From: Candidatus Woesebacteria bacterium RIFCSPLOWO2_01_FULL_39_61
GTDB taxonomy: Bacteria > Patescibacteriota > Microgenomatia > UBA8517
Direction: 5' to 3'
Length of the DNA: 62,182 nt
Assembly: GCA_001793155.1 (NCBI GenBank)
Contig: MGHI01000029.1
Location: 1 to 62,182, forward strand
Shown: positions 47,138-56,887 of the stretch, in pieces
How positions within the stretch are numbered: the stretch's first letter is position 1
Layout of the letters: the number at the start of each line of letters is the position of its first letter
Made by a program: the position numbers and the translations under genes
Notes under the pieces: generated by a model
The model's input: the letters and a program-made list of their open reading frames with translations, nothing else
The model's database searches: none
What the model was told of the DNA's origin: nothing

Positions 47138-48307
47138 TTACTTTTTTTCTAAAACCTGCTTGTAAACTTCCAATGTTTCCTTCGCCATTTTTTGCCACGA
47201 ATATCTTTTTATGAATCTCTGGGATTCTGAAATCTTTCGATTTCTGTCTTTCTGAGTCATGCCTTTAACTTTTAACATCAGTTCAGAGATATTTCCGGCA
47301 ATATTCGGATCAAAATAAAAAGCGTTGTGCCCATAGATTTCTCTAAAAACTGGGATATCCGAGGCTAAAACCAAGGTACCTGCAGCCATGGCTTCCAAAC
47401 CCTGCAAGCCAAACCCCTCTTCCTTAGATGGGTAAACAAAAGCGATTGCATTTTTGTATAACGAAAATAAATCTTCATCAGGAATATATCCTAATAGTTT
47501 TACGTATTTTTCTGCCCCAAGCCTTTTAATCTCTTCAGCCAATCTCTTTTTAAATACGCCCCTGCTTCCTGCTATTGTAAACATTACTTTTTCTTTACTT
47601 TGGCTATTCAATAAAACAATAGCTTCGACGGTCTTCTTCAAGTTTTTGTGAGGATAAGCATTTCCTACATACAAAAAATAAGGCTTTGAAATATCGTATT
47701 TCTCTATTAATTTATAACTTTGCTTGCCCCTCGAAGCTTTAGCGAAGTGGGGGGAATTTGAAATTCCGCCCAAGGCGGTTACTCCTTCGTAACTAACCGT
47801 TACCTTTTTCGAACTGATTGAATAATAATTTTCGACGTCTTTCTTTACAAATTCACTTGGGACTACTATTTTCATCGCCCTTTTCACGGCGGATCTGGCT
47901 ATGAGTAAAAAAGGAATTCTTTTAAAGAAATAAAGCGCTAAAGGCAAACTCGTTGCATCGGTTCCCTGTTTTTGCATGATCAAATCATGAACAGTCAAAA
48001 CAAATTTTCCTCTCCACAAAATCGGAACGTTGAGGTGGGGAAAATGCACCAAGTCGGGTTCCTCCTTATCAATTATTTCCGGAAGTTTAAACTGCTCTTC
48101 AAAGGTGTAGTGTCTGAAGTCAGCCTCAACCTTTTTCCAGTTTGGAGGCAACTCCAATTCATTGAAGTACTTCTTTCGTAATAAAACAATAAACTGTTCT
48201 TTTTTACCTAATTGGCTTAGACCCTCGATTAAGTTGATAAGATATCTCCCGATCCCGGCGTTCTCCAAGCCGTACATCCTCGCGTCGATTAAAATTCTTT
48301 TGGCCAT
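47138..48307 (-). CDS. GT4 glycosyltransferase
   Basis: IDARMY, GIGRY, TVHDL, YVGNAYPHKN, EGFGLQGLEAM, SDIPVFREI. Confidence 0.95.
   Translation of the reverse strand: MAKRILIDARMYGLENAGIGRYLINLIEGLSQLGKKEQFIVLLRKKYFNELELPPNWKKVEADFRHYTFEEQFKLPEIIDKEEPDLVHFPHLNVPILWRGKFVLTVHDLIMQKQGTDATSLPLALYFFKRIPFLLIARSAVKRAMKIVVPSEFVKKDVENYYSISSKKVTVSYEGVTALGGISNSPHFAKASRGKQSYKLIEKYDISKPYFLYVGNAYPHKNLKKTVEAIVLLNSQSKEKVMFTIAGSRGVFKKRLAEEIKRLGAEKYVKLLGYIPDEDLFSLYKNAIAFVYPSKEEGFGLQGLEAMAAGTLVLASDIPVFREIYGHNAFYFDPNIAGNISELMLKVKGMTQKDRNRKISESQRFIKRYSWQKMAKETLEVYKQVLEKK
47726..47767 (-). repeat. REP-like palindromic insert read in frame in a GT4
   Basis: Minus strand GGAATTTCAAATTCC (15-bp palindrome) then CCCC-ACTTCG-CTAAAG-CTTCG-AGGGGC; encodes ISNSPHFAKASRGK. 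Confidence 0.7.
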
Positions 48308-48314
48308 AATTCTT

Positions 48315-48353
48315 AAGCTTTGCTTACCGAGTCTAACTCGGCCAAGCTTTGCT
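48315..48353. repeat. REP-like composite palindromic element, copy 2
   Basis: Reverse complement AGCAAAGCTTGGCCGAGTTAGACTCGGTAAGCAAAGCTT, one mismatch to 6473-6511. Confidence 0.9.
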
Positions 48354-49261
48354 TATCCTAGTAAAATTACTCTTATAGCTCTTATTAATCTAAGAAGTTT
48401 TGTGCCTGTTAAAACAAAAAGATTTAATGCTAGCGGATATTTTTTCCAAAGTCTTTTTTTAACAAACAGCTCCATTGCATCGACTTCGGCTAAACGGTAT
48501 TTCAATTTTTCTTTTAGATTTACCTTCTTTTTTGTTTCTTTCGTTTTTCCTTTCGCCGCACCTTTAATGTGAGTAATCGATACTTCAGGGTAATAAATAA
48601 TTTTCCAGCCTTTTTCTTTTATCTTCCAACAAAGATCAATATCCTCAGCATTTAAAAAATAATCCTCATCAAACCAACCAACTTGATCTAATACCCTTTT
48701 CCGGGTAAGAAGAAAGGCTCCTTGAAGAGAATCCACCTCGTGTTCTTCGTTCGGTGAAATATAACCGTACCAGTATTTGGCAAAGAGTTTAGACTTAGGA
48801 AAGATTCTGTCAAGCTTCAGGTAGATATGAGTCAACCCAATCCACGGAGTTATAAATGAACGCCTCGCATCTTTATCTAATTGGCCATTAGGAAGTACAA
48901 TCTTGCATCCTAATGCTCCTACATCTGCATGCGAATCTAAATATTTTATTGTCTTAAATAAAGTATTTGTGTGAACCTGAGCATCGGGATTCAAAAAAAG
49001 GACGTATACACCATTTATGAAATATCTTGCTTTGTTGTTTCCGGCAGCAAATCCCAAGTTTTTACCAATTTTTATAACTTTTTTAACCCAAGGGAATTCT
49101 TTCTCCACCATTTCAGGAGAGCCGTCTGTCGAACCGTTATCGGGAACTATTACTTCAAACTCAACTTCGTTTCTAACTTTTTCTAACGATTTCAAACAAT
49201 TTTTTAACAAATCTTTAGTGTTATAACTTAAAACGACTATAGAAAGTTTTACTTTTTTCAT
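48353..49261 (-). CDS. GT2 glycosyltransferase (WbbL/rhamnosyltransferase-like)
   Basis: VVLSYN, DNGSTDGS, NLGFAAGNN, LFLNPD, GAFLL, FDEDYFLNAEDIDLC. Confidence 0.92.
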   Translation of the reverse strand: MKKVKLSIVVLSYNTKDLLKNCLKSLEKVRNEVEFEVIVPDNGSTDGSPEMVEKEFPWVKKVIKIGKNLGFAAGNNKARYFINGVYVLFLNPDAQVHTNTLFKTIKYLDSHADVGALGCKIVLPNGQLDKDARRSFITPWIGLTHIYLKLDRIFPKSKLFAKYWYGYISPNEEHEVDSLQGAFLLTRKRVLDQVGWFDEDYFLNAEDIDLCWKIKEKGWKIIYYPEVSITHIKGAAKGKTKETKKKVNLKEKLKYRLAEVDAMELFVKKRLWKKYPLALNLFVLTGTKLLRLIRAIRVILLG

Positions 49262-50448
49262 TTTGAGGCTAATTCTTTATAAATCGGGTCATGAAGTTTT
49301 ACTATCGACTTCCAGTCAAAGTACTTTTCAACATGTTTTCGGCCGGCTTCCCCAACTTTCCCGGCGAAGGCACGATCTTTGAGTAGACTCACCGCTTTCT
49401 CGGCTAATTCGTCTATCGTATCCGCAATAAGAACATTTTCCCCATTTGTAAGATTCAACCCAGCTACCCCAACCTTAGTTGAAACCACGGGAAGCCCGGC
49501 TGCCATAGCCTCTAAAATCTTAAGCCTTGTTCCCCCGGCTCCTTTTATGGGAGCGACCATAATTGTCGCCCCTCCGTAAGCATCTCTCGCGTCCGGAATA
49601 TTTTCTGTAACCTCAACACCTTCTTTTACGTCTTTTTTTACCCATACCGGAATTTTTCTGCCCACAATCCATATCTTGGCTTCGGAAAAATAATCTCTAA
49701 TCTTGGGCCAGACTTTTGTGATTAATATTTCAGTCGCCTCTTGATTTTGAAGCCATTCAAAGTTTGTCACACCATATAGAATTCTGGGCGGATACTTCTT
49801 TTCGACTTTCTTTTGCTTATAAAAATTCGTATCAACTCCATTAGGAATAATACCAACCTTTTTATTAGGAACCAGCTTTAACATAGCCTCTCTATCTTCT
49901 CTCGAAACACCGAACAGCCGGTCGGCTTTACTCCAATAGTATTTTTCCCAAAACATTATTTTGACCACGTCCTGCATATAAAAAACTCTTAAAAACCAGG
50001 GAACTTCGTTAACGACATAATGTTTATATACTTCATGCCATATTGTTTGCTCAACTAAAATAGTAGGTACGCTTAACTTTCCCAAGTGCGGCATCACATA
50101 AAACGTCTCGGCGTGGATGAGATCGTATTTTTCACCCTCAAGTTCCTGTCTAATTGCTCTTCTTTCTTCCAACGATTGGTTCCTTATAACTAAAAGTGGA
50201 AATGGTCCGAATACCGAAAGGAAAATATTTCTGATGGTCCAAGGCTTTTTGGGTCTTGTGAAAACTCTAACTTTTTTACAATACTTCAGAAGTTCAGGTA
50301 TAAACTTTCTCTCGCTGTCGTCTTTAATCAAAGAAAAAAGTGTTATATCGTGCTTTTTGGCAAGGTATTTTATGATATTGTACCACCTGGTTTGACCACC
50401 ACTCATGGTAATTGTAGGTAGATAAGGAACAAGCATCAAAATTTTCAT
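49258..50448 (-). CDS. GT4 glycosyltransferase
   Basis: SGGQTR, IPNGVD, GGTRLKILEAMAAGLPVVST. Confidence 0.93.
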   Translation of the reverse strand: MKILMLVPYLPTITMSGGQTRWYNIIKYLAKKHDITLFSLIKDDSERKFIPELLKYCKKVRVFTRPKKPWTIRNIFLSVFGPFPLLVIRNQSLEERRAIRQELEGEKYDLIHAETFYVMPHLGKLSVPTILVEQTIWHEVYKHYVVNEVPWFLRVFYMQDVVKIMFWEKYYWSKADRLFGVSREDREAMLKLVPNKKVGIIPNGVDTNFYKQKKVEKKYPPRILYGVTNFEWLQNQEATEILITKVWPKIRDYFSEAKIWIVGRKIPVWVKKDVKEGVEVTENIPDARDAYGGATIMVAPIKGAGGTRLKILEAMAAGLPVVSTKVGVAGLNLTNGENVLIADTIDELAEKAVSLLKDRAFAGKVGEAGRKHVEKYFDWKSIVKLHDPIYKELASK

Positions 50449-50451
50449 TAT

Positions 50452-51906
50452 TTACTTTTCGGCGGTTAAATCAATAATTATATAACTGGTAGCAGATTCA
50501 ATAATTTTAAATCTTTTTGCAAATTCAAGAGTTTGGTAATGATTCAAATCAACGGAAACAAAGTACATAGCACCTTTTTCAATGAGATCATCTATCGGTC
50601 TGTCGACTACCGGCCAACCACGCCTTTTCGTCTGATATAAAAACGCCGTGTCTCCATTATAAGGAGCGATAACTAAAGCGTCTTTAGGGAGTAGTTTATC
50701 CGCCCTTTGTCCTGCTTCAACAATTTCAGGACGATTAATCTTATAAAATTCTTTGATTTGAACAAAAGAGGTCATTATCATAATTATTAGTGTGAAAATT
50801 ACCAAAACTCTTGTTAACAATTTTGAATAATTTTTTAAATTCCAGAATTCGACTAACCCTACGGCCGTTGTTATAACGATCGTCGGAACGATTATTGTCT
50901 GGTAATAGTCGTGTCTGACATTTGCGGTAGCAAAGATACAAACGTAAATTAATGCACCCAATAAAAACATTTGAGAAAACAATTGCTTCTTTTTCACAGA
51001 AATAATTCCAAAAACAAACGGAATTAACCCCCAATAACCCAATATCATAGAAGTAAGTCTTTCACCAAAAATCCATCTCCAAAATGACGGTCTAAACCTT
51101 ATCCCATCGCCGTTAAAGGTCCACTTCCAGAATGGAATTCCCTCCGGAAACTTTAACATCCAAATTCGCCAAAAGATAAATGGTAATAAAACAATTGATA
51201 ACCAAAAATAAAACTCTTTCGCCTTAATCAAATCCTTTAGAGAATATTTAACATAGGCCAAATAAAACATAGGAACTCCAAAGAAAAGCACGTAGGGCTT
51301 TATCAATAAACTGATAGAAAATGATATTGCCGAGATAAACAAATTAATTAGTGAGTTATTTTCTAAATAAAGAATAAAAAACCATATAGCGGAAAGTGCG
51401 AAAGTTGTGGCTAGGGGTTCAGGAAGAGTTACCCTGGTAAAGTAGATATTGTAAGGCAAAAAGGCATAAAGTGCTGACGCCATTAAAGCTATTTTGTTAT
51501 TAAACATCTTTTTACAAATAAGAAAGATTAGAAACGTTGACACAAGCGAAGATATAATTGATGTTAGCCTCCCTACGATATCAAAACCCAGGCTGGGTAT
51601 GATTTTGTAGAAATATAAGTGGAATATATTAAAAATAGGAAACTCTACAAAGCGATAACCATTGGGATTAAAAATTCCGCTTTGAGTTGTCGATACATCG
51701 TGATAAATAGGCACTAAAGGGTTGACTCCTTCATTCAGAAAAAACCTTGTAACCGATGCCGTATCAGCTTGTCTAAAGGAATGCCAGTCCGCAATGGGGT
51801 TGTTTATCTTGTAAAAACGTGCGATTAAGGACAAATAGAGTATAAAAGATAAAATTAAGTATTCTTTTATGGGTATAAATAATGTTCGTCTAAATATTTT
51901 GTCCAT
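50452..51906 (-). CDS. GT-C-fold membrane glycosyltransferase (ArnT/PMT-like)
   Basis: DWHSFRQADT, EFPIF, about a dozen TM segments, HDYYQ, C-terminal soluble domain. Confidence 0.75.
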   Translation of the reverse strand: MDKIFRRTLFIPIKEYLILSFILYLSLIARFYKINNPIADWHSFRQADTASVTRFFLNEGVNPLVPIYHDVSTTQSGIFNPNGYRFVEFPIFNIFHLYFYKIIPSLGFDIVGRLTSIISSLVSTFLIFLICKKMFNNKIALMASALYAFLPYNIYFTRVTLPEPLATTFALSAIWFFILYLENNSLINLFISAISFSISLLIKPYVLFFGVPMFYLAYVKYSLKDLIKAKEFYFWLSIVLLPFIFWRIWMLKFPEGIPFWKWTFNGDGIRFRPSFWRWIFGERLTSMILGYWGLIPFVFGIISVKKKQLFSQMFLLGALIYVCIFATANVRHDYYQTIIVPTIVITTAVGLVEFWNLKNYSKLLTRVLVIFTLIIMIMTSFVQIKEFYKINRPEIVEAGQRADKLLPKDALVIAPYNGDTAFLYQTKRRGWPVVDRPIDDLIEKGAMYFVSVDLNHYQTLEFAKRFKIIESATSYIIIDLTAEK

Positions 51907-53833
51907 TTAATTTTCTATAGATTGTACCTATAACCAAACCTGCAATAAGCCAGAAGATAGTGGCAAATTTGGAGGCCTCGAACACATCGATAAAAACAGC
52001 ATTTATAAAAATTCCGGGAAGCGCTCCCATAAAACCCGCCAAGAACACTTTTTCTGTATTAGAATAATCTGGATAATTTCTATATGCTTTTATTAAGACC
52101 TCTATTAATTTTACAAAAATCAAAGAGAAAGAAATAAAGCCTAAAAAGCCCACTTCACCCAACGCTCTTAAATAATCATTGTCTGTCGCCAAAGATATTG
52201 ATGAATAACCGGTACCTAACAATGGATTCTTTGAAAACGCTCTTATCGCTCTAGGCCATTCTACATTCAGCCGAATATTTGTTGATCTATCTTCAAATAC
52301 AGGTGGGGGGGTCGGCGTAATATTCAATTGTTTTCTTTCTAAAAGGAGGTTGTCCTGAGCATAAACAGTATTATTAAAGATATAATAATTCAGTATTTTT
52401 ATTTCCATGATTTTTTGGAAAGAAACATCAAACAATCTTTGATAGCGATCTAATAAATTTGATGAAAACCCAATAAAAATTAGGCTTATAACTACAATTA
52501 AAGGTATTGCTTTGTATTTTTTAATGATAAAAAGGGCCAATATTGACGCAATTAAATATGAAACAAGAGAAATTCTGGAGGCTGAATTAACAATTAACCA
52601 AAGTCCTGAAAAAAAGGCGGATCCTAAAATTAACCTTGACCAAAATCCTTTTAACATAAAAAATCCACAAGTCACAATTGGTATCATTAAGACTAAGAAA
52701 CTGGCTAAGTCATAATGACCCGCAAAAGTAGAGTTTATATGACTTCCCGGGATCCACCTCAATGCAACCCCTTTGGCGTATTCTTCATTCTGAGTAATTA
52801 TGATCGGCCAACTAAAATATCTTTGTCCGAGTCCATATACAAATACGATCGGGATTACAATAAGTATAATTTTAAGATAATAATCCATTTCTACCACTTT
52901 TCTTTTGGAAACAAAAAAGGCCAGGAAAAAAGGTATAAAATACTCAATTCTCCTGAGCCAATGCAGAATAACAATGTACGTGGAAACATCCTTGGTAATG
53001 AAAATTGCCGAAAGACATGAAGTAAAAGCAACTATTAAAAATAAAATTATTGCCTTAAAGATGTTATTTTTCATAATAGATTTATATTTCCACAATACCA
53101 AAATTAAAACTATCAAGGCGGCAAAGGAAATAAGTAAATCCTCTAACCTAATTGACACAAAAGTACCCGGTACTCGAAAAAAAGGAAACTTCGGATACAA
53201 AGGGACTGCGATTAATATTGATGCAAGGCTGTATTTGGCGATGGGCCAAAACCACCCATAGTTTATAAATTTTAATTTTTCTAAACTTTTATTAAACAAA
53301 TTATTTTTATTTCTCTTTAAAAGCCCTACCTCGTCTTTCAACATTTTTGTTATTACAAATATCAACAACCCTATGAGTAACCGTGAAAATAAACTACTAG
53401 GTACTTGGCGTATTGTAATTTTTTGTCTCCAAAGCTTACCATCTACATAAATAGCATCTTTATCTTCTTTGGGTTCAAATCCGTTTATATAAAAGGATTC
53501 CCTAAGAGGATAAACAATTTCTTCTAAAAAACTACTTCTAGTTTGATCTCTTATGCGAAATTGAGCCTCTTCCGGGGGGTAATTTAAATTGATAGACGGG
53601 ATCCTAACACTTAAGATGTTATTTTTTTCAATTTCTCCTTTATAATAGTGGGTAATCTCATCTCTGGTATAGTCTGTAAAATAGGAGCGCCTTAAGGGTG
53701 TTTCCTGATCAGCCGGTTCGTTTGATTGAAGTGAGTTTACAGGTGGTATAGGAAAATTAGAATTGGGTAAAACAAGGTATAGAATAAGTACGAAAATAAT
53801 TAGATAGTATGTTATTTTCACGGCATTTATCAT
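51890..53833 (-). CDS. Extracytoplasmic N-terminal domain fused to an O-antigen-ligase/Wzy-like membrane protein
   Basis: PLYPKFP, IRLED, WLRRIEY, STFAGHYDL, SASRIS, NPLLGTGY, DNDYLRALGEVG in the C-terminal ~470 aa; the first ~170 aa form a separate TM plus soluble domain. Confidence 0.8.
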   Translation of the reverse strand: MINAVKITYYLIIFVLILYLVLPNSNFPIPPVNSLQSNEPADQETPLRRSYFTDYTRDEITHYYKGEIEKNNILSVRIPSINLNYPPEEAQFRIRDQTRSSFLEEIVYPLRESFYINGFEPKEDKDAIYVDGKLWRQKITIRQVPSSLFSRLLIGLLIFVITKMLKDEVGLLKRNKNNLFNKSLEKLKFINYGWFWPIAKYSLASILIAVPLYPKFPFFRVPGTFVSIRLEDLLISFAALIVLILVLWKYKSIMKNNIFKAIILFLIVAFTSCLSAIFITKDVSTYIVILHWLRRIEYFIPFFLAFFVSKRKVVEMDYYLKIILIVIPIVFVYGLGQRYFSWPIIITQNEEYAKGVALRWIPGSHINSTFAGHYDLASFLVLMIPIVTCGFFMLKGFWSRLILGSAFFSGLWLIVNSASRISLVSYLIASILALFIIKKYKAIPLIVVISLIFIGFSSNLLDRYQRLFDVSFQKIMEIKILNYYIFNNTVYAQDNLLLERKQLNITPTPPPVFEDRSTNIRLNVEWPRAIRAFSKNPLLGTGYSSISLATDNDYLRALGEVGFLGFISFSLIFVKLIEVLIKAYRNYPDYSNTEKVFLAGFMGALPGIFINAVFIDVFEASKFATIFWLIAGLVIGTIYRKLNGQNI

Positions 53834-53850
53834 AGTTCATGTACTCTAGT

Positions 53851-54492
53851 CTACTGAAAAAGCCTCGCTCTCCCTAATTTGTAATTGAGGTATTTATTTA
53901 CCCTTTCTCCTATCCTTCGAGCGGGTATTCCACCAACGATTTCAAAATCCCTAACATTTTTTGTTACCACTGCACCAGCAGCTATTATTGCTCCTCTGCC
54001 TATTTCAACTCCAGGTAATATTATTGCTCTTGGGCCTATAAAAACATACTCTAATATTATTACTGGTTTCTCTTTTGCTTTAAAATTTGGATCCTCGATA
54101 TCATGTTCAGAATTATAAATCATGACCTCTGAAGCTATGTCGACGTGATTTCCGATTATTAAGGGAGCCCTTCCATCCAAAAAGGCTCTGTCTCCAATCT
54201 TAGTGTCTTTTCCTATCTGAATATTTTTTGGTTCAAAGAACTTACACCCCATATGTATGGTAGAATTTTTACCGATTTTAACCCCAGCAAGCCTAAAAAC
54301 TAGTATCCTCAGGGAATGAGAAGGCAAATGTAAGCTTACCAAGTGAATAATAAAAAGTTTAAAATCCAAAAACCAGTTATAAATTCTAAATACGATCTTT
54401 GTTTTCGCTTCAGATGCCGAGAGAGAGTTTCCGTGTTTATCCGTGAAAATTAACCCTTTCGGTGTAAATTTTATATTTTCTGAGTAGAACAT
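53851..54492 (-). CDS. Hexapeptide-repeat acyltransferase
   Basis: Left-handed beta-helix repeats, IYNSEHD, VFIGPRAIILPGV, AAGAVVTK, VGGIPAR. Start moved to the ATG at 54492 because the upstream extension is IS-end sequence. Confidence 0.9.
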   Translation of the reverse strand: MFYSENIKFTPKGLIFTDKHGNSLSASEAKTKIVFRIYNWFLDFKLFIIHLVSLHLPSHSLRILVFRLAGVKIGKNSTIHMGCKFFEPKNIQIGKDTKIGDRAFLDGRAPLIIGNHVDIASEVMIYNSEHDIEDPNFKAKEKPVIILEYVFIGPRAIILPGVEIGRGAIIAAGAVVTKNVRDFEIVGGIPARRIGERVNKYLNYKLGRARLFQ

Positions 54493-54500
54493 AGGTAGTT

Positions 54501-54597
54501 TATAACATCCTCCCCGAGTCAGTCTCGGGGTTTCCTCTAAAAAGGATGACATATCAGCGTTCAATTCATCCCCGCTCTAAAGAGCGGGGTTTTCTTG
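54501..54597 (-). mobile_element. Non-autonomous IS200/IS605-like miniature element (two end hairpins, no ORF)
   Basis: Minus strand CAAGAAAA-CCCCGCTC-TTTA-GAGCGGGG-ATGAATTG, then GAAA-CCCCGAG-ACTGA-CTCGGGG-AGGATGTTA. Both hairpins and their flanks resemble IS605-type left and right ends as recalled. Confidence 0.65.
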
Positions 54598-54604
54598 AAT
54601 GCTG

Positions 54605-55735
54605 TTATAAAGTTGCTTTCTCCAATATTCTTAATGTTTCAAATGCTGTTTTCTCCCAAGAGAACTTTCGAGCCTGCCTGAGACTCAATTCTGACACATG
54701 TTTGTATTCCTCTTCATTCATTTTTAGAATCATTTCAACGCCTCGGGCAATAGATTTGGGGCTATTTGGTTCTACATATATAGCTGATTTACCTCCCACC
54801 TCGGGTAGTCCAGCAATATTGCTAATTACAACGGGTGTGCCACAAGCCATTGCTTCTAAAACATTTATCCCGAAACCCTCCCAAAAAGATGGCGAGACAA
54901 AAACCTTGGCTCCTTTAATTAAAAAAGGTTTATCATCCTCGGATACAAAGTCCGTAAAGACAACTTTATCCTTTATGTTTAACTCTTTTGTAATTTGAAA
55001 AATACTATTAAATAACCAACCCTTTTTCCCGGCGATAACAAGGCTTATATTTGGGTATTTTCTTAATAAGAGATGAAATGCTCGCAAAATTCCCTCAATA
55101 TTCTTACTGGGCTTTAAGGTACCCAAAAAAAGTATATAGTTTTTGGGTATCCTATATTTCTTAATTGTCCGTCGCACATCATTATCCCTAATTTTAACAT
55201 TAAAACGGTCTTTATCGAAACCGTGATACGTGATAAAAACTTTTTTAGAAGCAAAAGGGTAATGTCGTACAATATCTTTCTTGTTAAAACGCGAAACCGT
55301 GATGATATATTTTGATACAAATATAGAAATAGCAGTCCAATAGAGTAATTGCCAAAAATCGTATTTTTTAAATTGCTCCGAAGAATTGAGATAACCTAGG
55401 TCGTGAATTGTGCAAACCCTAGGACAAGAAGAAAATGGCGGTAAATAATGGCTGGGACTGAAAAAAACATCAACATTTTTCTCTGTTAATAGCACGGGAG
55501 TCAATTTTGTCAGCACCCAAAACCTATTTCCCGGTAAAACTCTGTATTTCAACCCTTCTCTTTCTTTAGGAAGAAAGTTTTTCGGCGCGTCTTTCAAAAA
55601 AACTATTAACCTATATTTTTTTGGTAGCTCATCCTGTAATTTATAGATCGCCCAAAGCAATTCATATGAATACTGATGCACTCCAACCCGCTCATCGGTG
55701 TTCGCTTCATTTCCGTCAATACCAATATTTAGCAT
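54605..55735 (-). CDS. GT4 glycosyltransferase
   Basis: GIDGNEAN, TIHDL, LGTLKPSKN, EGFGINVLEAMACG. Confidence 0.95.
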   Translation of the reverse strand: MLNIGIDGNEANTDERVGVHQYSYELLWAIYKLQDELPKKYRLIVFLKDAPKNFLPKEREGLKYRVLPGNRFWVLTKLTPVLLTEKNVDVFFSPSHYLPPFSSCPRVCTIHDLGYLNSSEQFKKYDFWQLLYWTAISIFVSKYIITVSRFNKKDIVRHYPFASKKVFITYHGFDKDRFNVKIRDNDVRRTIKKYRIPKNYILFLGTLKPSKNIEGILRAFHLLLRKYPNISLVIAGKKGWLFNSIFQITKELNIKDKVVFTDFVSEDDKPFLIKGAKVFVSPSFWEGFGINVLEAMACGTPVVISNIAGLPEVGGKSAIYVEPNSPKSIARGVEMILKMNEEEYKHVSELSLRQARKFSWEKTAFETLRILEKATL

Positions 55736-55756
55736 TTTTATTTCTATTTGTATATT

Positions 55757-56887
55757 TTAAGCTCTTTCTTTTTCAATTTCTATTTTTTTAACTTTTCTTT
55801 CCTGTCTCCTCTGATAAATTTTGAGAGTTGATCTAGCAATATTAGTCCATCTGTATTTTTTAACTCTTTCTGATCCTTTTTTAACTAACTCACCACGGTT
55901 ATTAATCGCTTTTTCTATTCCTTCCACAATCGAAGAAACACTATAAGGATCAACGAGTTGTGCACAACTGTCCGCAACTTCTCTCATAGCTCCAAAGTTT
56001 GAAGTAACTACCGGAATTTTACAAGAAAACGCTTCTAATATCGGCAAACCGAATCCTTCATATAAAGAAGGGTATACCAAAGCTTCTGCTCCGCTATAAA
56101 AAACCGGCAGCTCATTGCTTTGAACAGGACCTGTGAAAATAACACCACGTCTGTATGAAATTTCGGTTTTAGCTTCACCTACCACCACTAGCTTAAGTTT
56201 CTTACCCGTCTTTACTTTCTCATATGCCTGAATAATTCTTTCAACATTCTTGCGCGGGGTAATTCCAACAGAAATCAGGTAATTACCCTCTATCCTATAC
56301 TTAGACTTAATTTTCTGAATCTGGGTTTTCGTAGCGGGTTTATATATAGATTCCGGAGCTTCGGGTATAACAAATATCTTGTTTAAGGATACTCCCAAGT
56401 TTATCAAGTCGCCTTTTGTGGATTCCGAAGGACAGATAATCGCATCAACCACTTTTTTAACAATATTAAATCTCCTTACATGGGTCGACACAATTGTAGG
56501 ATGTGTTAATTTTGGATATTTTATAGGGATAACATCATGAACGGTTGTTACTTTGTATGCTCTGGTTGGTGGTTGAGCCCAATCAGAGGAATGCAAAACA
56601 TCAATATCTCCCACTAGTCTTTCGATAGGAAATAAATGTAGCCGATTCCAGGCCAGATCGGTTAATTTCGGAGGTAGTGGAAATACCTTCGTGAAAATGT
56701 TGTGGTTATTTTTTAACTCAAACAGTTTAAGTTTGTTTTTGAGCTCAAAGTAACGTCTTAGTGAACCGCCAAAAATAATATATTGGTTCTCTTTATCTAT
56801 TTGAAGCAGTCCCTCGATCAAGTTTTTGGTATAACTTGATACTCCAGTCTCATACAATATCTGAGATGAATCGATGGCTATTTTCAT
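55757..56887 (-). CDS. GT4 glycosyltransferase
   Basis: TGVSSY, TTVHD, PRKN, YPSLYEGFGLPILEA. Confidence 0.95.
   Translation of the reverse strand: MKIAIDSSQILYETGVSSYTKNLIEGLLQIDKENQYIIFGGSLRRYFELKNKLKLFELKNNHNIFTKVFPLPPKLTDLAWNRLHLFPIERLVGDIDVLHSSDWAQPPTRAYKVTTVHDVIPIKYPKLTHPTIVSTHVRRFNIVKKVVDAIICPSESTKGDLINLGVSLNKIFVIPEAPESIYKPATKTQIQKIKSKYRIEGNYLISVGITPRKNVERIIQAYEKVKTGKKLKLVVVGEAKTEISYRRGVIFTGPVQSNELPVFYSGAEALVYPSLYEGFGLPILEAFSCKIPVVTSNFGAMREVADSCAQLVDPYSVSSIVEGIEKAINNRGELVKKGSERVKKYRWTNIARSTLKIYQRRQERKVKKIEIEKERA

Noticed and set aside
54546-54998. 150-aa plus-strand ORF starting MTYQRSIHPRSKERGFLE
   Set aside because: Its start is the translated IS-end hairpin and the remainder is antisense to a GT4; it has no transposase motifs.
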